DNA of 64,000 nucleotides from Parcubacteria group bacterium Athens0714_12. Lineage in GTDB: Bacteria; Patescibacteriota; Patescibacteriia; UBA2591; VMGY01. The stretch lies in the NCBI GenBank assembly GCA_007378955.1, contig VMGY01000003.1, positions 26,264 through 90,263 of the forward strand. Direction: 5' to 3'. Of this stretch, positions 9,437 to 18,204 are shown piece by piece. Both the position numbers and the translations under genes were made by a program. The notes beneath the pieces were generated by a model. It did no database searches, was not told where the DNA came from, and saw only the letters and a list, made by a program, of their open reading frames with translations. The first letter of the stretch is position 1; each line of letters starts with the position of its first letter.

Positions 9437-9817
9437 CTATATTACATCTCTGCTGTTTTTTTCAGAATGTAATATCCTATGACAGTTTGCGCAAACAACA
9501 ACACATTTTTTTATCTCTTTTTTGATCCGATTAAAACCTTGTCCTTCTGTCAAGGCAGCCCCCACGCTAAACTTTTTATCGTTATCATTATCGTGATGAA
9601 AATCAAGTACTCTAGGATCAGCAATGCCACATTTGCTGCATTTCTGTTTTCTCTTATAATCAGCAATCCATCGGCGATACTTCTGCCTAAGTTCTTTTTT
9701 TGCGATACGATAGCAAGATTTACATTTGTGGCGCCGGTAGACTTTATTTTTAATCGTTAAAGCAACGCCAAATTCTGACTCTGGATAACGTTTATTACAA
9801 TATTTACATATTCTCAT
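9437..9817 (-). CDS. HNH endonuclease-like protein with Zn fingers
   Basis: CxxC pairs, LDFHH, IKKEIKKCVVVCANCHRILH. Confidence 0.8.
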   Translation of the reverse strand: MRICKYCNKRYPESEFGVALTIKNKVYRRHKCKSCYRIAKKELRQKYRRWIADYKRKQKCSKCGIADPRVLDFHHDNDNDKKFSVGAALTEGQGFNRIKKEIKKCVVVCANCHRILHSEKNSRDVI

Positions 9818-9900
9818 ATATAGTTATTATAACATTTTGAACCCATATGTAAAAGGTTCAAAATAATCGTTATTTCATTTTTAAATCAAGTAAATAACTC

Positions 9901-9975
9901 TGGTGCCGAGGGGGAGGATCGAACTCCCGACACAATGATTTTCAGTCATTTGCTCTACCACTGAGCTACCTCGGC
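9901..9975 (-). tRNA. tRNA-Phe(GAA)
   Basis: GCCGAGG acceptor, loop CTGAAAA, CCA. Confidence 0.93.
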
Positions 9976-9980
9976 GCGAA

Positions 9981-10060
9981 ATAACTAATAACTTACAACC
10001 TACAACTAACAACTCAATGATAAATTTTATTGTAAGTTGTAGGTTGTAAGTTGTGAGTTA
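9981..10060. repeat. inverted heptamer-repeat array (ACAACTT/ACAACCT type)
   Basis: acttaca-acctaca-actaaca arm facing tgtaagt-tgtaggt-tgtaagt-tgtgagt arm. Confidence 0.75.
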
Positions 10061-10068
10061 ATAAATAA

Positions 10069-10141
10069 TGGACGATGCAGGACTCGAACCTGCGGCCTTC
10101 TGGGTGTAGACCAGACGCTCTGCCAATTGAGCTAATCGTCC
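10069..10141 (-). tRNA. tRNA-Val(TAC)
   Basis: GGACGAT/ATCGTCC acceptor, stem TCTGG/CCAGA, loop TCTACAC. Confidence 0.88.
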
Positions 10142-10151
10142 CATCTTTTAA

Positions 10152-10233
10152 TGCCCTCGGTGGGACTCGAACCCACACGCCAAAAAGGCACGGCACCTCA
10201 AGCCGCTGCGTATGCCAATTCCGCCACGAGGGC
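10152..10233 (-). tRNA. tRNA-Leu(GAG)
   Basis: Loop TTGAGGT, variable arm, GCCCTCG acceptor. Confidence 0.9.
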
Positions 10234-10238
10234 TATTT

Positions 10239-10619
10239 TTAAACTTTTTCTTCTTTTAATTTCTTATTATAATTTCTTAGATAAAAAAGTTTAGCTTTTT
10301 TTACTTTAGCTTTTTTAACTATTTCAATCTTAGCAATAACCGGAGAATATAAAGGAAAAATCTTTTCTACTCCAATGCCAAAAGAATTTTTTCTGACTGT
10401 AAAAGTCTTGCTTTTACCCACTCCTTTTATGCCTAAAACCATTCCTTCAAAAATTTGAATTCTTTCCTTTTTTTCTCCCTTGGAATTTGTTTCTATGATT
10501 TTTTGGTGGACTTTAATAGTCATGCCCGGCTTAATTTCAGGCAATGTTTTTTCTTCAGTTTTTTTTGAATTTTCTTTTTTATCCTCTTTTTGTTCAGAGT
10601 CAATTTGCTTTTCTGACAT
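10239..10619 (-). CDS. rplS: 50S ribosomal protein L19
   Basis: KERIQIFEG, TFTVRKNSFGIGVEKIFP, KAKLFYLR. Confidence 0.95.
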   Translation of the reverse strand: MSEKQIDSEQKEDKKENSKKTEEKTLPEIKPGMTIKVHQKIIETNSKGEKKERIQIFEGMVLGIKGVGKSKTFTVRKNSFGIGVEKIFPLYSPVIAKIEIVKKAKVKKAKLFYLRNYNKKLKEEKV

Positions 10620-10695
10620 ATTTTTTTATTAATATTTACTAATTATAAGCAACACATTCTATATTTTAAGATTTTAGCGGATTAAACCGCTAATG

Positions 10696-11622
10696 TCAAT
10701 CGCTTTTAAAAAAATCATTTAATTCATCAGGCAAACCGATTTCAAAATTTTGCTTCTTGTTTTCCAAATCGTGAAATCCCAATTTATGGCAATGTAAAAA
10801 AATTCTGTCCAATTTTACTTTTTTGCTTTTTTTTGGCTTGTAAATTTTATCCCCCACCACTGGATATCCCAAAGCTTTTAAATGAACCCTGATCTGATGC
10901 GTCCGGCCGGTTTTGGTCTTTACCTTAAGAAATGAATAATCGTTAATATATTTAATCAGTTCGTATTCAGTCAAAGCTGGTTTTGCCTTGGAAAAATAAC
11001 CGGTGCTCATCTTAAATCCTTTTTTCGGCAAACGGCCGATGGGCAATTCTATTTTTCCTTTTTTCTCTTTAATTCGGCCATGGACTAAAACTAAATATTC
11101 TTTTTCTATTTGGCGGTCTTGAAACTGCTTTTTTAGATATTCAAAAGCTTTTTGAGTTTTGGCGATTGCCAACAAGCCGGACGCTTCTTTATCTAAACGA
11201 TGGACAATGCCCGGCCGAAATTCATCTTCGCCCACATTTTTAATTTCCGGAAAATAATTCAATAAAATATTAACTAAAGTTTCTTTGCGATGAGCAGCTG
11301 AAGGATGGACAATCAAGCCGGCTGGCTTATTAATGATTAAAAAATTTTTATCTTCAAAAATAATTTCTAATTTCTTCTTTGACGGCGACAAATCAATTTC
11401 TTTCGCTTTTTTCATTTCTTCTATTTTTTTCTCGTCTATTTTTATCTCCTCATTTTCTTTTAATAAATAATGGGCTTTGATTTTTTTATCATTAACTAAA
11501 ACGCCGTTGCTTTTTATCAATTCCTGAATAAAAGCGCGCGGCAAGAAAAATTTTTCCGCCAAAAATTTATCTAAACGTTGTTTTTGACAATTTTCTTTAT
11601 TTGTGGTATGCTTTAAAAACAT
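10696..11622 (-). CDS. RluA/RluD-family pseudouridine synthase
   Basis: S4 domain, INKPAGLIVHP, GIVHRLDK, TGRTHQIRVH. Confidence 0.93.
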   Translation of the reverse strand: MFLKHTTNKENCQKQRLDKFLAEKFFLPRAFIQELIKSNGVLVNDKKIKAHYLLKENEEIKIDEKKIEEMKKAKEIDLSPSKKKLEIIFEDKNFLIINKPAGLIVHPSAAHRKETLVNILLNYFPEIKNVGEDEFRPGIVHRLDKEASGLLAIAKTQKAFEYLKKQFQDRQIEKEYLVLVHGRIKEKKGKIELPIGRLPKKGFKMSTGYFSKAKPALTEYELIKYINDYSFLKVKTKTGRTHQIRVHLKALGYPVVGDKIYKPKKSKKVKLDRIFLHCHKLGFHDLENKKQNFEIGLPDELNDFFKSD

Positions 11623-11672
11623 TGTTCTTCAAAATTAAAAAACAAAATCAAAATAACAAAGGAGGTGTTATA

Positions 11673-11870
11673 ATGTCTGTATATGGCGAAACAAAAATCT
11701 TGGCATGTATGTTAATTTCTTTCTTGATATCAATATTATCAATAATCGCGATGATATACTTATTCAAGCTGGCAATTTTTTCAACAATCATGTTTGCTCA
11801 TCTGATTTTTCTTTTTTCTTTTTTTATTGCTCTTCGCCGCGCGAGTAACAATAAAGCTCTCTCAGAATAA
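11673..11870 (+). CDS. small two-TM membrane protein (65 aa)
   Basis: AAAGGAGGTG SD before ATG 11673; two hydrophobic segments. Confidence 0.5.
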   Translation: MSVYGETKILACMLISFLISILSIIAMIYLFKLAIFSTIMFAHLIFLFSFFIALRRASNNKALSE

Positions 11871-13409
11871 AAGAGAGCTTTTTTCTTTTTCCAGATGTTT
11901 TTTTAAAAATTCAAATGCTTGTTTTTTACTTTTTACTCTTTTTGCCAATTGCTCTTCTCTTAAAATTTTTAATAATTCGCCGATTTGTTTACTTGGTTTT
12001 AATTTAAATTTTTTCATTATCTCATGGCCGTCTAAAATTGATTCAGGTAGTTTTTCTTTTTCTTTGCTCATCGCCTGCAAATTTTTTATTCTCTCTGCCA
12101 TTTTATAAAAATTGGTTAAATTTGTCTTGCCTTTATCAGGAATACTGGCGATCGCGTCAATAAAACCTAATTTTAATAAATCTTGACCATTAAATTTAGG
12201 ATTAAAAAAATATTTTTCCAAGGTGCTATTTTTTATTCCATCAACATTGTTGTTAAGAAAAAACATATGCGCTCTGACCAACCAGACAACTCTGTCTATG
12301 TCAATTTGAAATTCCTCGCTTGAAGAAAGCTTTAAACGTTCGCAAATTTTTTTAGCTAAATCAGCGCCAATCTGGTCATGGTCATTAAACCTGATTCTGT
12401 CAACAATGTCTTTTTTCGGCGTTTTTATCGTGTAGGGTTTGCCAATGTCATGAAAAATAATTCCCAAAATCAATTCTATCCCCGGCTTTTCACCGCCGAA
12501 TTCATTTTTAAATTCTTTTGAATTTAATTTTTCCAAAGCTAATTTAGTATGCGACCAAACATTGCCTTCTGAATGGAAATTTTTCGGCTGGGAACATTTT
12601 TTCATTTTTAAAAGTTCCGGCATTAAAACTTTAAAAGCGCCGCTTTGGTCATATAAATCAAAGGCCTTAACTGGATTCAAATAAAAAGCCTTTAAAAATT
12701 CTTTGGCGATAATTTCATAAGAAACAATTCTCTCTCCCTTGATTTCAGAATTTAATTTGGGAATAAACTTTTTAATCGCTGACCAAGTTTTATTTTCTAT
12801 TTTAAAATCTAATTGACAGGCAAATCTCAAAGCGCGAAGCATCCTTGAATAATCTTCTTTAAATCTTTCTTCTGGCTTGCCGACAGTTCTAATCACTTTT
12901 TTTTGTAAATCTTTTAGTCCGTTAAAAGAATCAATTAGTTGTTGTAAGTTGCGGGTTGTAAATTGCGGGTTATTTATTGCAAAGGCATTAATCGTAAAAT
13001 CTCTTCTGCTTAAATCTTCTTTAATCTCCAAATCGGGATTGCTCTGCACTTCCACATCCTTATAACCGCCGGTGCCAAAAGCATGCTCTTTTCTGGGCAA
13101 AGCAATATCCAAAGGTGTTCCTATTTTTTTACCTTTAGGCAAAAATTTAAAAACGCCGAAATTTTTACCAACCAAAAAAACTTTTCCTTCTTTAGTTAAA
13201 AAATTTTCCAAATCATTCGCGGAAACTTTTCTAACCACGAAATCATAATCCCCTTCATCCGGCAATCCCAACAAAGCATCCCTGACCGCGCCGCCAACCA
13301 AATAAACTTCGCTTTGGGAAAATTTTTTGTTCAATTTTTCGGCAAAATCCAAAAGACCTTCCTTTTCCAAACGTTTAATAAATTGAGAAATAATTTTTTG
13401 GCAATTCAT
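11862..13409 (-). CDS. cca: CCA-adding enzyme / poly(A) polymerase family with HD domain
   Basis: VGGAVRD, DYD, DLSRRDFTINA, EDYSRMLRALRF, HDIGKP; true start MNCQ at 13409 (the longer ORF runs through a tRNA). Confidence 0.88.
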   Translation of the reverse strand: MNCQKIISQFIKRLEKEGLLDFAEKLNKKFSQSEVYLVGGAVRDALLGLPDEGDYDFVVRKVSANDLENFLTKEGKVFLVGKNFGVFKFLPKGKKIGTPLDIALPRKEHAFGTGGYKDVEVQSNPDLEIKEDLSRRDFTINAFAINNPQFTTRNLQQLIDSFNGLKDLQKKVIRTVGKPEERFKEDYSRMLRALRFACQLDFKIENKTWSAIKKFIPKLNSEIKGERIVSYEIIAKEFLKAFYLNPVKAFDLYDQSGAFKVLMPELLKMKKCSQPKNFHSEGNVWSHTKLALEKLNSKEFKNEFGGEKPGIELILGIIFHDIGKPYTIKTPKKDIVDRIRFNDHDQIGADLAKKICERLKLSSSEEFQIDIDRVVWLVRAHMFFLNNNVDGIKNSTLEKYFFNPKFNGQDLLKLGFIDAIASIPDKGKTNLTNFYKMAERIKNLQAMSKEKEKLPESILDGHEIMKKFKLKPSKQIGELLKILREEQLAKRVKSKKQAFEFLKKHLEKEKSSLLF

Positions 13410-13450
13410 TTTAAATAAGCCCCTTTTTTGGGGCTCTAAGTTTTCAAAAA

Positions 13451-13526
13451 TGGTGGGCATTGTAGGATTTGAACCTACGACCTTCTCGATGTCGACGAGA
13501 CGCGCTAACCACTGCGCCAAATGCCC
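13451..13526 (-). tRNA. tRNA-Val(GAC)
   Basis: GGGCATT acceptor, stem TCTCG/CGAGA, loop TCGACAT, CCA. Confidence 0.9.
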
Positions 13527-13770
13527 TAATAATTATTAATTATTTTTTGACAAAATAAACTGCTGATAAATAGTAATCTTCTTTGAATGGCTATGTTTCC
13601 ACATCTTATTTGTTGATATTTCACCCCTTTAGCATTTCTTCTATTATTTTTTAGAATATCAAAAAATCGCGAAAACGGCAAGATGCCTTGGCATTTTTTA
13701 AAATTAAAGCTATTATGAAATAAAAGTTCTTTACAATCAAATTTAACATCTAAATAAAAGGAGGATTTAA

Positions 13771-14391
13771 ATGTCTCAATTTATCAAAGGCGTAGAGGAT
13801 TTATTAGATGAAATAATTAAAAGAAAAGAAACTTTTCTGCAAAAAATTTTGAAGCCGGCGCCTTTATGGGTAACTCCCGACCAGCTAACGCTAATTCGTA
13901 TTTTATGCATTTTTCCGATTATTTTTTTCCTTTTAGGCAAAAAATTATTCTTGGCTTTCTCTTTTTACACCTTCGGCGCTTTACTGGATTTAATCGACGG
14001 TCCCTTAGCGCGGGTTAGAAAAAAAGAAACTGATTTAGGAAAAAGACTCGACCCCTTCGCGGATAAAATTTTATTTGGCGTTACTTTCATTATTTTGGTC
14101 TTGGCTATTCGCCCATCATTTTCAAAGATTCTTTTTTGGCTGATTTTCATCTGTGAATTTATCTTGGTCGCTTTAAGCTTGATTGGAAAAAATTTTATGG
14201 TCTATAAAGGGCTCAAAAAAAAATTAGGAGCCAATCTTTGGGGAAAATGGAAATTTACTCTGCAATTTTTTGGCATCTACCTGCTCATTTTCAACCAATT
14301 ATTTTTTGCGCATATTGTTCTATGGGTGTCTCTTATTTTAGCCATCGCCAGCATCATCGGACATTTAACCTTTAAAGAAGAAAAGCCCTGA
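13771..14391 (+). CDS. CDP-alcohol phosphatidyltransferase (PgsA-like)
   Basis: TPDQLT..R and DLIDGPLAR...G..LDPFADK signature; SD AAAGGAGG. Confidence 0.9.
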   Translation: MSQFIKGVEDLLDEIIKRKETFLQKILKPAPLWVTPDQLTLIRILCIFPIIFFLLGKKLFLAFSFYTFGALLDLIDGPLARVRKKETDLGKRLDPFADKILFGVTFIILVLAIRPSFSKILFWLIFICEFILVALSLIGKNFMVYKGLKKKLGANLWGKWKFTLQFFGIYLLIFNQLFFAHIVLWVSLILAIASIIGHLTFKEEKP

Positions 14392-14467
14392 GAAAAACTC
14401 GGGGCTTTTAATTATTGATTTGCTTTTATTGATAAAGTTGATAAAATAAAAATAAATAACGATTTTT

Positions 14468-14716
14468 ATGTATTTTATTTATTATTTATTAGCAATTTTA
14501 ATTGGAAGTTTATTAACGATTAAATCTGAATGGTTTTTAAATAATTTCGGCCGGGTGGAATGGGCGGAAAAACATTTAGGATTAGATGGCGGCAGTAGAT
14601 TATTTTACAAACTTTTGGGCATTGCCATTATTATTATAGCTTTGTTGTTTATGACCGGCTTGATGCAAAATTGGCTTTTAGGCTTCTTCTTCCCTTTTTT
14701 AAATCCTAAATTATAA
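14468..14716 (+). CDS. small membrane protein
   Basis: Two hydrophobic segments flanking FGRVEWAEKHLG..GGSRLFYKLLG. Confidence 0.7.
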   Translation: MYFIYYLLAILIGSLLTIKSEWFLNNFGRVEWAEKHLGLDGGSRLFYKLLGIAIIIIALLFMTGLMQNWLLGFFFPFLNPKL

Positions 14717-14775
14717 ATTTTTATATAAAAGTTTTAGGTTGTTAATTGTAAGTTGTGGGTTGTTAGTTATTTATT

Positions 14776-14852
14776 GGGCTGTTAGCTCAGCTGGCTAGAG
14801 CGCCTGCTTTGCAAGCAGGAGGTCACCGGTTCGAATCCGGTACAGTCCACCA
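14776..14852 (+). tRNA. tRNA-Ala(TGC)
   Basis: G3-U70 pair, loop TTTGCAA, CCA. Confidence 0.95.
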
Positions 14853-15157
14853 AGGTTTATTATTTCGCTTAAAGCGAAATTTTTTTATTTTTAACAACTT
14901 CTATTTTGAATGACTTTTTAAAAAATAATTTAACAATAAAAAATTTTAATTATCTTCATTTTAAAAAACATAAATATTTTTTAAAGTAAAATTTTTTCAA
15001 AAAATCAAAAGTTATCCACACTTTTTATTGTTGCAAAAAAAATTAGATGTTATAATAAAAATAGAATTTAAAAAAATAATTTTGAAAAATTTTACGCAAA
15101 AAATTTTTTAAAAATCAGAATGTAATTTTTTACATTCGGAAGGAGGTGAAAAAACAA

Positions 15158-15244
15158 ATGGCAAAAAGAAAAGTAACAAAGAAAAAAACAACAAAGAAAA
15201 AAGTGACTAAAAAGAAAAAAACTGCTAAGAGAAAAAAAAGATAG
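15158..15244 (+). CDS. 28-aa Lys-rich histone H1-like peptide
   Basis: MAKRKVTKKKTTKKKVTKKKKTAKRKKR; SD AAGGAGGTGA; upstream TGnTATAAT at 15048-15056; downstream terminator. Confidence 0.7.
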   Translation: MAKRKVTKKKTTKKKVTKKKKTAKRKKR

Positions 15245-15301
15245 GTCTATAGTTCTCATGATATAAATCTTATATCAGTTTCTAAGGAGATCTCTTTGAA
15301 A

Positions 15302-15343
15302 GAAACAAAAACAAAGTTCTTATTAAGAACTTTGTTTTTGTTT
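15302..15343. terminator. bidirectional terminator
   Basis: AAACAAAAACAAAGTTCTT / AAGAACTTTGTTTTTGTTT inverted repeat between convergent genes. Confidence 0.7.
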
Positions 15344-15371
15344 ATAATGGATTTACCGCGCGGCTATAAAA

Positions 15372-16634
15372 TTAAAATAATATTGATTGTTTGCCAATTT
15401 CCCTATCTTGATCGTTAAAAACTTTTACTGTTCCATAAATTCCATCGTAGCCGGGCTCTATTTTAAGGTCTCTTTTCTTTACTTTTTTTATTCCTTCAGC
15501 AATTTTTGGCAAAGTAATGCTTGAAAGTTCGTCAAAAGATAAATCCAATAAAATATTAAATTCGCTTTTTCCTTTTTCTATCAAACTTCGATATTCAATC
15601 TCCACTCCCTTGGTTCCTTTTTTCTTGTCCAGCCCTTCGGCGATAATTTCCCTTAATGGAACTAAATTTTTAAAAGGGATGTGATTTTTAGGAATAAAAT
15701 TTTCTTCGCGGTCGGCTAATTTATCTACTCGATGCATCACGCCGACGGTTAATGGTTTTTTGCAAACCGGACAAAGATAATTATTCTTTTTTGTCTGATT
15801 AGGAGAAAATCTAATGCCGCATAAACGATGGCCGTCAAAATGATATTTTCCTTCTTCGGGAAAAAATTCAATAGTGTATAAAAATTTTGACTTGTCTTTT
15901 TCTTTGATAATTCTAATTATTTCTTGATAAGAAAGATTTTTCGGTTCAATTTCAAAAACATTGGCTTCCCTGCCCAAGTTATCCAAGCTATGAGCGTCAG
16001 AGTTAGAAATTAAAGTTAATTCATCCATGGACGATAAGCGCCAATTCATCGCCGGATCACTGCTTAAACCAGTTTCCAAAGCATAAATGTTTGGTGTCAT
16101 TTCATCAAAGCATTCTTCCAAGGAATCAAAGCCGGATTCAGAACCGAAGATGCCGAACCACGGCGTCCAACAATGCGCCGGCACCAGCAAACAATCAGGC
16201 GAAACGTCTAAAACTATTTTTAATAACTCTTTGGAATCCATTCCTAAAATCGGCCGGCCGTCTGATTTTAATTTAGCGCCGCGCGCTAATAATTGTTTGT
16301 TTATTTTTTCCGCTGTTTCCAAATTAGGGGCGAAAATAAGCAAGTGAACTCTTCTTACTCTGCCATTCTTGGAATAAATACAGCTTATTTCCGTGGTTAA
16401 AATAAATCTTGTTTTTATTCCGGCTTCGCTATTTTTTAATTTATACAATCCTTCTTCTACGCGCAACAGCTTATTTTTTATTTCTTTAAACCATTCTGGA
16501 TGGGTAAAATCCGCGACGGTAATAATATCAATGCCTTTTTTCTTCGCCCATAAATTTAAATGCTCCAAATCCATTTTGGGGCTGGTAGCCCGGGAATATT
16601 TGGAATGAATGTGTAAATCCGCAATGTATCTCAT
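15372..16634 (-). CDS. PHP-domain endonuclease Q-like protein
   Basis: ADLHIHSKYSRATS, PAHCWTPW, SNSDAHS, GKYHFDGHR, CPVC, PGYDGIYG. Confidence 0.88.
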   Translation of the reverse strand: MRYIADLHIHSKYSRATSPKMDLEHLNLWAKKKGIDIITVADFTHPEWFKEIKNKLLRVEEGLYKLKNSEAGIKTRFILTTEISCIYSKNGRVRRVHLLIFAPNLETAEKINKQLLARGAKLKSDGRPILGMDSKELLKIVLDVSPDCLLVPAHCWTPWFGIFGSESGFDSLEECFDEMTPNIYALETGLSSDPAMNWRLSSMDELTLISNSDAHSLDNLGREANVFEIEPKNLSYQEIIRIIKEKDKSKFLYTIEFFPEEGKYHFDGHRLCGIRFSPNQTKKNNYLCPVCKKPLTVGVMHRVDKLADREENFIPKNHIPFKNLVPLREIIAEGLDKKKGTKGVEIEYRSLIEKGKSEFNILLDLSFDELSSITLPKIAEGIKKVKKRDLKIEPGYDGIYGTVKVFNDQDREIGKQSILF

Positions 16635-16772
16635 ATTTATTAAAAGTATAAGATCCTTCGCCTTCAGCTCGGGACGAGAGTATTGAATAATTATTTAACA
16701 CTCTTAGTTTATCATCTTAAAAAATTTTAGACAAATTTTATTTTTAAATAAAATGTGCTAATCTTAAAAAAT

Positions 16773-18074
16773 ATGAATAATAAAAAAATCTTAATCTGGG
16801 GCTTAGGGAAAAGCGGAATTTCTTTAGCCAAGCTTCTAATCAGGAAAGGTTTTACTGTTTATGCCGGCGATGACAAAAAAATTCCTCTTTTAAATAAAAA
16901 AATAAAAATTGTTCTGATAAAAGAAGCGGAAAAAATTTTAAAAGGAGTAGATATTTTTTCTCCCGCGCCGGGAATATCTCCCAAACATCGTCTTTTCATT
17001 AAAGCCCAAAAATTAAAAAAAGAAATTTTAGGCGAGATAGAAATCGCCTCTTGGTTTTTAAAGGGAAAAATTATTGCTGTCACCGGCACTGACGGCAAAT
17101 CAACGACCTGCGCTTTTTTGCATAAATTATTAAAAAACGCCGGCCTGGAAGTTTGGCTGGGAGGAAATTATGGAAAGCCGTTAGCCGACTTCGCGGAAAA
17201 AACAAAAAAAGACGATTTTACAATTTTAGAAATTTCCAGTTTTCAAGGATTTTCTTTAAAAAATTTTAGGCCTAACTATGGATTTTTTTTGAATCTCTCT
17301 GATGACCACTTGGACTGGCACCTTAATTTAAATCATTATCTTTCGGCTAAATATAAAATTTTTCAAAATCAAACAAGAGCAGATTTTTTAATTATTAACG
17401 ATGATAATAGCTTTGCTCGGGCCGTTTCTTCGCCAGCAAAAAAATACTTTTTCTCTCTAAAAAACAAAACTGCCGATGCTTATTTGGACAATGAAACAAT
17501 TTATGCCTTTAAGGAAAAAATTTTCAGCCGCTCTGAACCAAAACTTTTAGGCGAACATAATTTGAGCAATCTGATGGCAAGTTGCCTTTTGGCTAAAATT
17601 TTAAAAATTAACAATGAAACAATCAGAAAAACCATTAAAACTTTCTCTCCTCTGCCGCACCGCCTGGAATTAGCCAGAAAAATTAAAGGGGTAAAATTTT
17701 ATAACGATTCTAAGGCAACTACTCCTCAGGCGATGAGAGCGGCGATAGAATCATTTCCTGAACAAAAAATTATTTTAATCGCCGGCGGCAAAGACAAGGG
17801 CAGTGATTTTAAAAAATTAAAAGAAATAATCAAAGAAAAAATAAAAGCTGCGGTCTTAATCGGCAAGACAAAAAATAAAATAAAAAAAGCCTGGCAAAAA
17901 GCAACTCTTATTTTTTTAGAAAATTCCATGGAAAAAGCCGTAAAAAAATCCTTTGCTTTAGCTAAAAAAGACGAAATTGTTTTGCTTTCTCCCGGCTGCT
18001 CTAGCCTTGATATGTTCGCTAATTATAAAGAAAGAGGAAAAAAATTTAAAAAAATCGTGAAACAGCTAAAATAA
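16773..18074 (+). CDS. murD: UDP-N-acetylmuramoyl-L-alanine--D-glutamate ligase
   Basis: GLGKSG, VTGTDGKSTT, EISSFQ, HRLE, NDSKAT, LLSPGCSSLDMF. Confidence 0.93.
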   Translation: MNNKKILIWGLGKSGISLAKLLIRKGFTVYAGDDKKIPLLNKKIKIVLIKEAEKILKGVDIFSPAPGISPKHRLFIKAQKLKKEILGEIEIASWFLKGKIIAVTGTDGKSTTCAFLHKLLKNAGLEVWLGGNYGKPLADFAEKTKKDDFTILEISSFQGFSLKNFRPNYGFFLNLSDDHLDWHLNLNHYLSAKYKIFQNQTRADFLIINDDNSFARAVSSPAKKYFFSLKNKTADAYLDNETIYAFKEKIFSRSEPKLLGEHNLSNLMASCLLAKILKINNETIRKTIKTFSPLPHRLELARKIKGVKFYNDSKATTPQAMRAAIESFPEQKIILIAGGKDKGSDFKKLKEIIKEKIKAAVLIGKTKNKIKKAWQKATLIFLENSMEKAVKKSFALAKKDEIVLLSPGCSSLDMFANYKERGKKFKKIVKQLK

Positions 18075-18204
18075 ACGCGTTGATTTTTATTGATTTATTT
18101 GCTATTATATTTTTATCCTATTAATACAATACCCAGCATTACAACATAAACAAAATTTTCTGATTATGGTGTTGCGATGCTGGGTTATAAATTAAAGCCG
18201 TAAA

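Noticed and set aside
10069-10141. Amber suppressor (CUA) reading of the tRNA loop
   Set aside because: The seven-base loop centres on UAC; the acceptor stem and A73 fit Val; the paralog shares the same U32-C33
10014-10196. 60-aa ORF; likewise 50094-50276 and 51329-51559
   Set aside because: They overlap tRNA genes and repeats
13410-13520. N-terminal extension of the CCA enzyme ORF
   Set aside because: It is the translation of tRNA-Val(GAC); the real start is 13409
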